Position numbers and translations under genes: made by a program. Below are positions 45,341-53,601 of a stretch of 64,000 nucleotides of DNA, piece after piece. The notes under the pieces are model-generated. The model saw nothing but the letters and a program-made list of their open reading frames with translations. It searched no databases and was not told the DNA's origin. The stretch covers positions 23,530 through 87,529 of the forward strand of contig JAADDJ010000016.1 in NCBI GenBank assembly GCA_013153965.1, written 5' to 3'. Numbering within the stretch: the stretch's first letter is position 1; each line of letters starts with the position of its first letter. This DNA comes from Thermotogota bacterium (lineage in GTDB: Bacteria; Hydrothermota; Hydrothermia; LBFQ01).

Positions 45341-46266
45341 GGGTCGTGGTGGCTCTGGGGGGCAACGCCCTCCGCAAGAAGGGAGAGGGGTTTGACTACG
45401 AGACCCACTACGATAACGCGCTGCTCACCTTTCAGAGGTTGGCCGAGGCAGGCTTCTTCTCAAACGACAGAAAGGTGGTCATAACCCACGGGAACGGTCC
45501 CCAGGTGGGTATGGAGTTCGTGCGCCACTTCCTGACGAAGGAGCGGTTTCCAATGTATCCCCTCCATGCCCTGACGGCTTCCACCCAAGGGTGGATCGGA
45601 TACATATTGGAGGCGACGCTCCGCCGTACCCTCAGGGAGAGGGGGATGGAGCGGGAGGTGGCGACCCTGATGACGATGGTGGAGGTATCCCCGGATGATC
45701 CGGCCCTGCGCGACCCATCCAAGCCCATCGGGGAATTCATGACGAAGGAGCAGGCTATGGAGCTCTCAATACTCACGGGCCTCCCCGTCAAGGAGGATGC
45801 GAACAGGGGATGGAGGCTCGTCGTTGGCTCCCCCAAACCCCTCAGGGTGATAAACTCCCGCATAGTTAAAGCCCTCATGGAGGCCGGTGTGATCGTCATA
45901 GCCGCCGGAGGAGGAGGAGTCCCAGTGAAGGGGGATTTTTCGGGGGTACCGGCGGTCATTGACAAGGACAGGGCGAGCGCCCTCCTCGGCCTTGAGGTGG
46001 GGGCGGATGCCCTCTACATCCTCACGCAAGTTCCCGCCGTCTATATAAACTACGGAAAGCCCGACCAACGTCCCCTCCGGAAGGTCAGAGTGGAGGAGTT
46101 GAAGAGGTACGCCGAAGAGGGACACTTCGCACCCGGAAGCATGCTACCCAAGGTGGAGGCCGCCATATCCTTCGTGGAGGGAGGGGGTAAGCGGGTGGTC
46201 ATAACCTCCCCCGACTTCGTGGCGGAAGCCGAGAGGGGTGAGGCGGGAACCGTGGTGCTGCCGTGA
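45337..46266 (+). CDS. arcC: Carbamate kinase
   Basis: MRVVVALGGNAL..VVITHGNGPQVG..GGGGVPV..IDKDRASALL. The start overlaps the upstream stop (ATGA). Confidence 0.8.
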   Translation: MRVVVALGGNALRKKGEGFDYETHYDNALLTFQRLAEAGFFSNDRKVVITHGNGPQVGMEFVRHFLTKERFPMYPLHALTASTQGWIGYILEATLRRTLRERGMEREVATLMTMVEVSPDDPALRDPSKPIGEFMTKEQAMELSILTGLPVKEDANRGWRLVVGSPKPLRVINSRIVKALMEAGVIVIAAGGGGVPVKGDFSGVPAVIDKDRASALLGLEVGADALYILTQVPAVYINYGKPDQRPLRKVRVEELKRYAEEGHFAPGSMLPKVEAAISFVEGGGKRVVITSPDFVAEAERGEAGTVVLP

Positions 46267-47651
46267 AACCGACATCCGCGAGGATGGACATTTGGCTCAC
46301 CCTCACGGCCTTGATCTTCCTACTATCGCGGGCCATCCTGTGGATCATTTTGGGCGTCCGGTACGATGCCTCCTCCCTGATATGGGCTTGGCAGCTCTTA
46401 GACCCCCTCTGGCTCAGGAAGGACCTTCTCACATCCCTATGGAACATGCACATGCAACCTCCCCTATTCAATCTGCTGACGGCCGTAGCCCTCCGCTTTC
46501 CGAGTCCATCCCATCTCCTCGCCCCCCTCTTCTTCGCGATGGGTATGGGAACGTCCCTCCTACTCTACGGTGTGGGTGTGAGGAGCGGACTGTCCCGACC
46601 TTTGAGTTTCGCCGTCGTCAGCCTTGTATTTACCTTCAACCCCTCCTCCTTCCTGTACGAGACATGGTACTTCTACACGTATCCGTCCCTATTCTTAACG
46701 GTCCTCCTCTCCTACCTTCTACTACGCTTAAACGACGGATTGACGGTGAGGAGGCTCCTGCCCCCTTTCATCGCTCTCACCCTCCTAACCCTTCTCCGCA
46801 GCAGCTACCATCTCCTACTCTTTCCCCTCCTCGGAGGTGTCCTCCTGTGGCATCATCGGCGCAGATGGAGGATCATATTCGCCGTAGTCCTCTTAACATC
46901 GCTGCCGACGGCGGCGTGGTATCTCAAGAATTTCGCCCTCTTCGGCAACTTCTCGGCCACCAGCTGGACGGGGATGAATTTGAGCCGTCTGATATGGAAC
47001 ATGCCCGGATGGGAGAGGGAGACCTTTTTAAAGCTCCACGAGGAGGGTGTGGTGTCGGCCCTCATGACCGTCCCCCCATTCTCACCTCCCGAGACCTACG
47101 CGTCGCTCCTCAACTGGAGCGGCAGCACGGGCGTGGCCGTCTTGGACTCCATGCGGGAGCCGACGACAGGCTCCCCCAACTACAATCATGCGGTGTATCC
47201 GAAGGTTTCCCGAATCTTGCTGCGGGATAATCTGAACCTCGTACTCCGATTCCCCCTCGCGTATCTCCGGGCCATCCTATCCTCCCTCAAACATTTCACA
47301 TATCCACCCTACGCCTACCCCCTTACGGGTAGATTCCATCTACTGTTTGATAGGGAAAATCTGAAGCGCATATACGGTCTGCGACTGCTGATCCGCCTCT
47401 ACGATGCTCTCTACGGATGGTTGGGGAGGAAACTTCCCGGCATCACCACCCTACTCCTGCTTCTGGCCTTCCTTCTCCTGCTGCCGGGGATGATTCGGCG
47501 TCGCGATGTCGCGCCGGTGGCCGTCCTCCTGCTGTATCTTCTGGTGGTGCATGTGGCCCTTGAGCGGAAGGAGAATATGAGATTCAAATTTCAGTTTGAG
47601 GGCGTAATAACCACGGTCGTGCTCGCCAACTTTCTTAAGAGGCGACGGTAG
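46263..47651 (+). CDS. Polytopic membrane protein, GT-C-type glycosyltransferase-like (GT39/GT83-like)
   Basis: About 10 or more TM helices. The early loop motif NMHMQPPLFNLL resembles the D/H-x-PPL loop of PMT/ArnT-type enzymes. The assignment is weak. Confidence 0.4.
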   Translation: MKPTSARMDIWLTLTALIFLLSRAILWIILGVRYDASSLIWAWQLLDPLWLRKDLLTSLWNMHMQPPLFNLLTAVALRFPSPSHLLAPLFFAMGMGTSLLLYGVGVRSGLSRPLSFAVVSLVFTFNPSSFLYETWYFYTYPSLFLTVLLSYLLLRLNDGLTVRRLLPPFIALTLLTLLRSSYHLLLFPLLGGVLLWHHRRRWRIIFAVVLLTSLPTAAWYLKNFALFGNFSATSWTGMNLSRLIWNMPGWERETFLKLHEEGVVSALMTVPPFSPPETYASLLNWSGSTGVAVLDSMREPTTGSPNYNHAVYPKVSRILLRDNLNLVLRFPLAYLRAILSSLKHFTYPPYAYPLTGRFHLLFDRENLKRIYGLRLLIRLYDALYGWLGRKLPGITTLLLLLAFLLLLPGMIRRRDVAPVAVLLLYLLVVHVALERKENMRFKFQFEGVITTVVLANFLKRRR

Positions 47652-47668
47652 GGCCTCGGAAACTGGCG

Positions 47669-47674
47669 TAAAAT
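47669..47674 (+). promoter_or_regulatory. -10 box TAAAAT, 8 nt upstream of ATG 47683 (leaderless-type)
   Basis: Sequence GGCGTAAAATACGAACCT-ATG. No in-frame alternative start lies upstream (TAA at 47608). Confidence 0.5.
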
Positions 47675-47682
47675 ACGAACCT

Positions 47683-49503
47683 ATGCTCTCAATACTGGTA
47701 GCAGGTACGATTCTTTACGAGGGATTTGAGACCTCGGTCCCTCCCGCCGGATGGGAGGTTCTGGATCTCGGTAGCGCTACGGGAGATTCGTGGTATCAGA
47801 CTATGACCAAAGCCCACTCGGGCACCTACTCCGCCAAGGTCACCTACTATCCATCCACCAACACGAAGGACGAGTGGCTCATAACGCCGGCCGTGGACCT
47901 CTCAACCGCCACGAAGGCTTACCTGATATTCTACGAGGATCAGGATTACTGGTCGGGCTACGGGGAGCACCACCAGATCCTAATATCTACCACTTCGCAG
48001 ACGGACACATCAACCTTCACGCTGGTACTTGACATGACACCGACGGACCACACGATAAACGGCTTTGACGGGGATCCTATGATCGTGGATATCTCGGACT
48101 TCGTGGGGAATTCAACCGTCTATATCGCCTTCCGATACACCGGGCTTGATGCCGACAACTGGTACTTGGACGACGTGGAGATATACACCCCCTACAACAC
48201 CGACGCGAAGCCCATGGCTTTGGTTGAGCCTTCGGAGTACGTATCGGGCAGCTTTACCCCGGTGGTGCGGGTACAGAACTACGGTCTGGACACACTAAAT
48301 TCCATTCCCGTACGGCTTATTCTGATGGATCCCTACGGGAACGTGGCCTACGACCAAACGGCCACCGTCTCCGGAGCCTTGGGGTCTATGGACACGGCCT
48401 CGGTGTCCTTCCCGTCATTTACACCCGACAGTCGCTTCTACTACCAGTATCTGGTGATTACGGAGCTCCCCGGTGATGAGAATCCCTCCAACGACACCCT
48501 GAGCGGGTACATATACGCGTACGACAGACCGATGATGGTCCTGTTTGAGAGATTCACGCAGCACAACTGCGGTCCCTGCGCCTCCGCGGACCCCTATCAG
48601 CTGTCCATATACTCCTCCCACGTGGATGCGGAAAATTACAACATCGGCATGATAACCTACCAGACGTGGTGGCCGGGGGCCAACAACGACCCCTTCTACC
48701 ACTACGACACCATGCCGCAGCGCAACAGGGTACTCTACTACAAGGTGAATGCGGTCCCATGGGTCTATATAAACGGCGTGGTCAATGCGTCGTATTACTA
48801 CACCCAGTGGGCGAGCCTCGTGTCCTCCGAGGAGAGCTACCGGACCACACCTCTGGAGTTCTCCTTTGATACGAGCAACAGCCTCCTGTACGAGGATTCG
48901 CTGGGAATACACGGACGCCTAACCCTATCCGCCACACAGGTCGGGGCCATGCTATCCAAAGAGTACAGACTGAGGGTGGTGATAGTGCAGGACAGCGTAT
49001 ATTACAACGCCCCCAACGGCAGCACCTTCCACGTGATGAAGTTCAGGCATTGGATAGACACCTCATTCACGGCCGGAGACACGGGTAGCATCCACACCTA
49101 CACGTTTGACTTCTTCCTGCCTCACCCGGTATGGACGAGCGATCCCGGTCTGGACGTCCATCACATGGTGGCCGTCGCCTTCATCCAGAGCGACGATGAT
49201 CAGAAGGTCTGGGGCGTGGGCACCTTTAACTTCAAGAACGTGGTCTCCGTCGCCGAGAGACCCGGCGGTGGCGACGTGTGGCTGGTCAAGGTCATATCCA
49301 CGAGAGGTGGCATAGACATCTTCTCCTCCGAGGAGAGGGATGCCGAGCTGTCCGTCTTTACCGTGTCCGGTCGCCGGGTGCTAAGCGACGTCTTCAAGGT
49401 CTCCGGCGAGACCCACTACCGCCTCAACCTACCCAAGGGCGCGTACTTCTACAGGCTTAGAATAGGAAGCAGGACATGGTACGGAAAGGTGTTGGTATTC
49501 TGA
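47683..49503 (+). CDS. T9SS-sorted multidomain surface protein: choice-of-anchor-J-like, CARDB-like, thioredoxin-fold CGPC domain, C-terminal sorting domain
   Basis: Domain motifs in order: GFETSVPPAGWEV..SGTYSAKV..DEWLITP..NWYLDDVEIY, then VRVQNYGLDTLNSIPVRL..NPSNDTL, then VLFERFTQHNCGPCASA. C-terminus LSVFTVSGRRV..GAYFYRLRIGSRTWYGKVLVF. Confidence 0.65.
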   Translation: MLSILVAGTILYEGFETSVPPAGWEVLDLGSATGDSWYQTMTKAHSGTYSAKVTYYPSTNTKDEWLITPAVDLSTATKAYLIFYEDQDYWSGYGEHHQILISTTSQTDTSTFTLVLDMTPTDHTINGFDGDPMIVDISDFVGNSTVYIAFRYTGLDADNWYLDDVEIYTPYNTDAKPMALVEPSEYVSGSFTPVVRVQNYGLDTLNSIPVRLILMDPYGNVAYDQTATVSGALGSMDTASVSFPSFTPDSRFYYQYLVITELPGDENPSNDTLSGYIYAYDRPMMVLFERFTQHNCGPCASADPYQLSIYSSHVDAENYNIGMITYQTWWPGANNDPFYHYDTMPQRNRVLYYKVNAVPWVYINGVVNASYYYTQWASLVSSEESYRTTPLEFSFDTSNSLLYEDSLGIHGRLTLSATQVGAMLSKEYRLRVVIVQDSVYYNAPNGSTFHVMKFRHWIDTSFTAGDTGSIHTYTFDFFLPHPVWTSDPGLDVHHMVAVAFIQSDDDQKVWGVGTFNFKNVVSVAERPGGGDVWLVKVISTRGGIDIFSSEERDAELSVFTVSGRRVLSDVFKVSGETHYRLNLPKGAYFYRLRIGSRTWYGKVLVF

Positions 49504-50546
49504 TTCTTGGAGGTCTCATCCTCTTAGGTTGCAGAGGGGATGAGGAGGGAGGGGGGGTGGAGTCCCCCCTCCAGAATCCCGTGGTAGTTGAGCAGATTAC
49601 CAACTACCTCTGCACCCCCTGCAAGGGGGCGGCCGAGATAATAGACTCCCTTGACGAGGCCTTCCCCGACAACGTGGTGGTCGTCAGATACCACGCCGAC
49701 GAGCCCTACGCCGGGGATCCCATATACAACCCCTATACGGATACCGTCCTGAACTTCTACGGCCTGAATACGGCCGATGGCGTACCCATAACCGTCATAG
49801 GTGGGGACTGGAGCGAGCACGGATACGACGATACCAAGAGGGAGGACTATGCGGAGAGATGGTTCAACGTGATGAGGGATAAAGCCTCCCAGCCGCCCAA
49901 GTACAGACCGAGCGTATCCTCCCTGATGGGGGACTCCCTCATCGTCGCTGACGTCATAGTTGAGCCTTCAAAGGCCTCATCTGACGTGGTGCGCACGATG
50001 CTCACCGAGTACGAGGCTCCCCTACCCCCATCCGCAGTGAAGCCCTACTCCAACTACGCTGTCAGGGCCGGAACCAACTCGTCCCACGCCGAGTTCGTCG
50101 TAGATTCCTCTTGGAACGAATCCAACCTGTACATAACCGTCGTCATAAACGACCCCTCCGGGGCCGTCGTGGGTTCCTATCAGGGGAAGGTGGGTACCTA
50201 CACCCTGGAGAATCTGTCCAACGACGGCGATACCGTCGTACCCCTCAACGAGTACTCCATGGTGTATCTACGTATGGAGAATCGGACTGATCAGGACCTG
50301 ACCCTGACCTTCAGGGTCAACGGAATACCCCGCGATTGGAACAACACCATATGCTGGGGGGTGTGCCTGAGCGACACGACGATGATCACCAACACCCTTG
50401 AGGCCGGAGCCTCCACACCGGATCACGGCATGTACTTCTCCGTTTATCCGACCACGGCCGACACCGCCTACATAACCGTTGAGGTGCGATACTCCGACGA
50501 CGAGCGCATATTCAGGCGTTTGAACGTTAAGGTGGTGGCACAATGA
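49476..50546 (+). CDS. Lipoprotein with thioredoxin-fold CTPC domain (paralogous to the CGPC domain of 47683-49503)
   Basis: Signal and lipobox MVRKGVGILILGGLILLGC. VVVEQITNYLCTPCKGAAEI..VVVVRYH..DPIYNPY..VPITVIGG parallels the upstream gene's domain. It overlaps the upstream gene by 28 nt. Confidence 0.6.
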   Translation: MVRKGVGILILGGLILLGCRGDEEGGGVESPLQNPVVVEQITNYLCTPCKGAAEIIDSLDEAFPDNVVVVRYHADEPYAGDPIYNPYTDTVLNFYGLNTADGVPITVIGGDWSEHGYDDTKREDYAERWFNVMRDKASQPPKYRPSVSSLMGDSLIVADVIVEPSKASSDVVRTMLTEYEAPLPPSAVKPYSNYAVRAGTNSSHAEFVVDSSWNESNLYITVVINDPSGAVVGSYQGKVGTYTLENLSNDGDTVVPLNEYSMVYLRMENRTDQDLTLTFRVNGIPRDWNNTICWGVCLSDTTMITNTLEAGASTPDHGMYFSVYPTTADTAYITVEVRYSDDERIFRRLNVKVVAQ

Positions 50547-50956
50547 TGTGGATACTGGCATTCGTGGCCACGGACATATACGGCAACCGGATAAACGTGG
50601 ATAGCCTGATGAGGGAGAAGCACGTCATCCTTGACTTCTGGGCCACGTGGTGCGCGCACTGCGACGAGGAGCTGGATAAGGTCCATGAGGCCTTCAAGAA
50701 CAGGGACGACGTGGCCATAATAGCCATAAGCCAAGACTCCAAGCGGAATCTAAATCGCGTGAGGCAGATGGCCAAGTCCCACGGTTGGGATTTTCCCATC
50801 ATCATAGACGAGGGTAAGCGAATCTCATCCCGATACGGGGTCTTCGGCCTCCCCACGGTCGTGGTGTTTGAGAGGGGAGGCAAGATGAAGAGGAAGATAT
50901 TCGGCTTCAATCCTCGTCTGGTGGATATGATCAAGGAAGCCTTGGGCCTGAGATGA
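50543..50956 (+). CDS. TlpA/ResA-like thiol:disulfide oxidoreductase (thioredoxin family)
   Basis: Motifs HVILDFWATWCAHCDEEL..VAIIAIS..YGVFGLPTVVVFERGGK. ATGA overlap with the upstream gene. Only 9 hydrophobic residues precede the domain. Confidence 0.8.
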   Translation: MMWILAFVATDIYGNRINVDSLMREKHVILDFWATWCAHCDEELDKVHEAFKNRDDVAIIAISQDSKRNLNRVRQMAKSHGWDFPIIIDEGKRISSRYGVFGLPTVVVFERGGKMKRKIFGFNPRLVDMIKEALGLR

Positions 50957-52239
50957 CGGCTATACTGGCCTTCAGCCTGTCCTACGGCGGGATTCTCTGG
51001 TACGCCGACAGCATAAAGAGTTTGAACGACCTAAAGATGACGCTCTATCCCCACCCATCGCTTGAGATGTACCTGCACCTGCGGGACTACAGACCCTACG
51101 CCCCCGCATCCATACACGGCGACACCTACCGGTTGGGCGTCTTCCGCTTCTTCGCCCGATACACCCGGGGAGATATGAGCCTGTCGCTGGGAGACGAGCC
51201 CCTGACCTTCGGCAGGGGGCTATCCCTATTCCTCGCCGACGACGAAAAGGCCCTCCTTGAGGGTACGCTCCGGGGCCTCCACCTGAGCCGCTCGTGGATG
51301 CGACTCTACGGGGGGCTCAAACGCAGGTGGATATACTACTCATCCGACAACGATACCATGCTCCTCGCCGGAGCGACCCTCACCCCCTCATTGGGGGACG
51401 TTTCCTTGGGGCTCAACGTCGGGGCCTACAACCTGTACGGCCGGGATGGAGCGAGCGGCATGATAGCCGGCTCCTACGCCTCCGGGAAGTTCGGTCCCGT
51501 ATCCATATACGCCGAAGGTGCCCTGCGCGACGGGTACGACCTCTTCACATACGGCAGGAATTTGGGCTACGCCCTCTACGGGAACCTTGAGATCTCCCGA
51601 GGGAGCATAGTCCTTGGAACGGAGTTGAAGGATTACTACCGCATCGGGCAGGAGTTCAACCTTCCGGCCCCCGGAAACGGCTACGGCCTCCTTCCCTCCG
51701 ACGGTAGGGACGAGTGGGGAGCCAACCTCTACTTCTCCTACGGAACCCTAAATCTGGAGTTGGCCCGTGCGTACTCCCACGATATGGACCACCTGATGGA
51801 TTACTACGCCCTCTCCTACTACACGGATTGGCGACGATTTACCCCGAAGATCGGAGCACACCTGCTGGACTGGAGCGAAAACCTGAACGAGCGTAGAGCC
51901 TTCCTTGAGATCAAGTACAACGCTCCCCTCGGCATCATCGCGTACGCCGAGTACAGGACGAGATACCTCAAGGGAGTCGGAGACTGGGAGAGTCAGCCGT
52001 ACGCCTCCCTGAGTCTCATATACGGGGGCATCACCCTATCTCTCTCCTACCGCCGCTATATGATCACGGGCAAGACCGACAGGGTGGCCGAGTTCTCCTA
52101 CGACAACTTCAGATTCCTGCGGCTCTTCGTCAGCTGGGGAGAATTCTCGGGTGACATAGTTTGCTCCTCGGGTGTGTGCAGATACGAGCCCCCCTTCTCC
52201 GGCCTCAAGTTGGGCTTGAATCTCTATTTCGTTCTGTGA
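50953..52239 (+). CDS. Hypothetical beta-barrel outer-membrane protein with C-terminal CSSGVC motif
   Basis: Alternating-strand, Tyr/Gly-rich sequence. C-terminus GDIVCSSGVCRYEPPFSGLKLGLNLYFVL. ATGA overlap with the TlpA-like gene. Confidence 0.5.
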   Translation: MTAILAFSLSYGGILWYADSIKSLNDLKMTLYPHPSLEMYLHLRDYRPYAPASIHGDTYRLGVFRFFARYTRGDMSLSLGDEPLTFGRGLSLFLADDEKALLEGTLRGLHLSRSWMRLYGGLKRRWIYYSSDNDTMLLAGATLTPSLGDVSLGLNVGAYNLYGRDGASGMIAGSYASGKFGPVSIYAEGALRDGYDLFTYGRNLGYALYGNLEISRGSIVLGTELKDYYRIGQEFNLPAPGNGYGLLPSDGRDEWGANLYFSYGTLNLELARAYSHDMDHLMDYYALSYYTDWRRFTPKIGAHLLDWSENLNERRAFLEIKYNAPLGIIAYAEYRTRYLKGVGDWESQPYASLSLIYGGITLSLSYRRYMITGKTDRVAEFSYDNFRFLRLFVSWGEFSGDIVCSSGVCRYEPPFSGLKLGLNLYFVL

Positions 52240-52247
52240 GCGTGCCT

Positions 52248-52253
52248 TAGAAT
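52248..52253 (+). promoter_or_regulatory. -10 box TAGAAT, 10 nt upstream of ATG 52264
   Basis: Sequence GCCTTAGAATACCTCCCGCC-ATG. Confidence 0.45.
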
Positions 52254-52263
52254 ACCTCCCGCC

Positions 52264-53334
52264 ATGAGCAGGAAGGTTCAGTTCCCGGCTATAGGTAAGA
52301 TTTCGCCGGAGTTCTTTGACGAGTACATCTTCCCATACCTTGGGGCCAAGCGGGAGGAGGTCATCGTACCTCCCCAGCACGGCGTTGATACCGGCGTGGT
52401 GCGCATAGGCAACGGGAAGGTGCTCGTATTCACCACCGACCCCATATACATACTCCCGGCCTACGGTTGGGAGAAGGCGGCCTGGTTCGCTTGGCACATA
52501 CTCGCCTCGGACGTGGCCACGTCCGGTTTTCCCCCCACCTACATAACCGCCGACTTCAACCTACCCATGGAGATAACCGAGGAGGAGTTCGCCACCGTCT
52601 GGAAGGTGTGGGACAGGGAGAGCAAGAAGTACGGCGCCGCAGTCGTGGCCGGCCACACGGCCCGGTATCCCGGGACCGCCTATCCGATGGTGGGAGGGGC
52701 CACCTTCATCGCCCTGGCCGACGAGGACAAGTACCTGACACCCAAGATGGCCCGTCCCGGCGACGCCCTGATCATCACGAAGGGGCCCGCCGTGGAGGCT
52801 ACGGGGATATTCGCCAGCCTATTCCCCAACTACATCTCCGAGAAGTTGGGACCGGAGATAGCCGAGCAGGGTCAGAGGCTCTTCTACAAGATGAGCACCG
52901 TGGATGACGCCCTGACGGCCGTCTCCGTAGGCTACAGGGATGAGGGCGTTCGGGCCATGCACGACGCCACCGAGTGCGGGATTCTGGGAGGCATATACGA
53001 GCTGGCCGAAGCGTCCGGCGTGGGCGTGATATACCACAAGGACCGAACGCCCATCCAACCCGGCGTTCTGGAGATAACCTCCCTCTTCGGCATGGAGCCC
53101 TTCTCCTCCATCAGCGAGGGAACGCTGATAATGGCGGTGGTACCCGACAAGGCGGACGAGGTCGTTAGCCGGCTCAAGGAGAGAGGGATAGACGCCGCCG
53201 TAGTCGGCGAATTCCTCCCCAAGGAGAAGGGAATGTGGGTTGTTGAGGGAGGCAGGAGGAAGCCTCTGGAGCACCCGAGGGTGGATCCCTTCTGGTCCGC
53301 GATTGACAGGGCACTCTCCGAGGGGTTGAGTTGA
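52264..53334 (+). CDS. AIR-synthase-related (PurM/HypE/ThiL superfamily) protein
   Basis: Motifs GVDTGVVRIG..VFTTDP..HILASDVATSGFPP..VVAGHTARYPG, and a C-terminal domain with HDATECGILGGIYELA. Confidence 0.65.
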   Translation: MSRKVQFPAIGKISPEFFDEYIFPYLGAKREEVIVPPQHGVDTGVVRIGNGKVLVFTTDPIYILPAYGWEKAAWFAWHILASDVATSGFPPTYITADFNLPMEITEEEFATVWKVWDRESKKYGAAVVAGHTARYPGTAYPMVGGATFIALADEDKYLTPKMARPGDALIITKGPAVEATGIFASLFPNYISEKLGPEIAEQGQRLFYKMSTVDDALTAVSVGYRDEGVRAMHDATECGILGGIYELAEASGVGVIYHKDRTPIQPGVLEITSLFGMEPFSSISEGTLIMAVVPDKADEVVSRLKERGIDAAVVGEFLPKEKGMWVVEGGRRKPLEHPRVDPFWSAIDRALSEGLS

Positions 53335-53492
53335 GGGAGATAATCTTAGCCTTCCTGACGGGCTTCTTAACGGGGGTCGTCTTCTCGCTGGCGCGCCTAC
53401 CCATACCCGCGCCGCCCACGTTGGCGGGCATAATGGGGATAGTCGGGATATTCGTCGGATACCTCGTCGTCAGGTATCTGACGGGAAGGTAG
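53331..53492 (+). CDS. Small membrane protein, XapX/DUF1427-like (53 aa; not in the ORF track)
   Basis: TTG 53331 overlaps the upstream TGA. The translation is LREIILAFLTGFLTGVVFSLARLPIPAPPTLAGIMGIVGIFVGYLVVRYLTGR. The P-x-P-A-P-P-T-L-x-G-x-x-G-I core matches my recollection of XapX-domain proteins. Confidence 0.5.
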   Translation: MREIILAFLTGFLTGVVFSLARLPIPAPPTLAGIMGIVGIFVGYLVVRYLTGR

Positions 53493-53507
53493 GCCACCCG
53501 TCAGGCG

Positions 53508-53513
53508 TATAAT
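53508..53513 (+). promoter_or_regulatory. -10 box TATAAT, 13 nt upstream of tRNA-Lys
   Basis: GGCGTATAATACAGACTTCAGGT precedes the tRNA 5' end at 53527. Confidence 0.5.
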
Positions 53514-53526
53514 ACAGACTTCAGGT

Positions 53527-53599
53527 GGGCCGTTAGCTCAGTTGGCAGAGCACCGGATTTTTAATCCGGGGGTCGCAGGTTCGATCCCTGCACGGCCCA
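53527..53599 (+). tRNA. trnK: tRNA-Lys (anticodon UUU)
   Basis: Acceptor GGGCCGT/ACGGCCC, D arm GCTC-AGTTGGCA-GAGC, anticodon arm CCGGA-TTTTTAA-TCCGG, T arm GCAGG-TTCGATC-CCTGC, discriminator A. No CCA is encoded. Confidence 0.9.
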
Positions 53600-53601
53600 T
53601 T

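Noticed and set aside
46238-47230. Alternative-frame 330-aa plus-strand ORF overlapping 46263-47651
   Set aside because: Its translation is Pro/Arg-rich and low-complexity. The +1 neighbour frame encodes a coherent polytopic membrane protein whose start overlaps the arcC stop.
53542-53601. Upstream extension of murA (MAEHRIFNPGVAGSIPARPI...)
   Set aside because: This stretch is the translated tRNA-Lys gene, and MurA similarity starts at SFIVVRGG.
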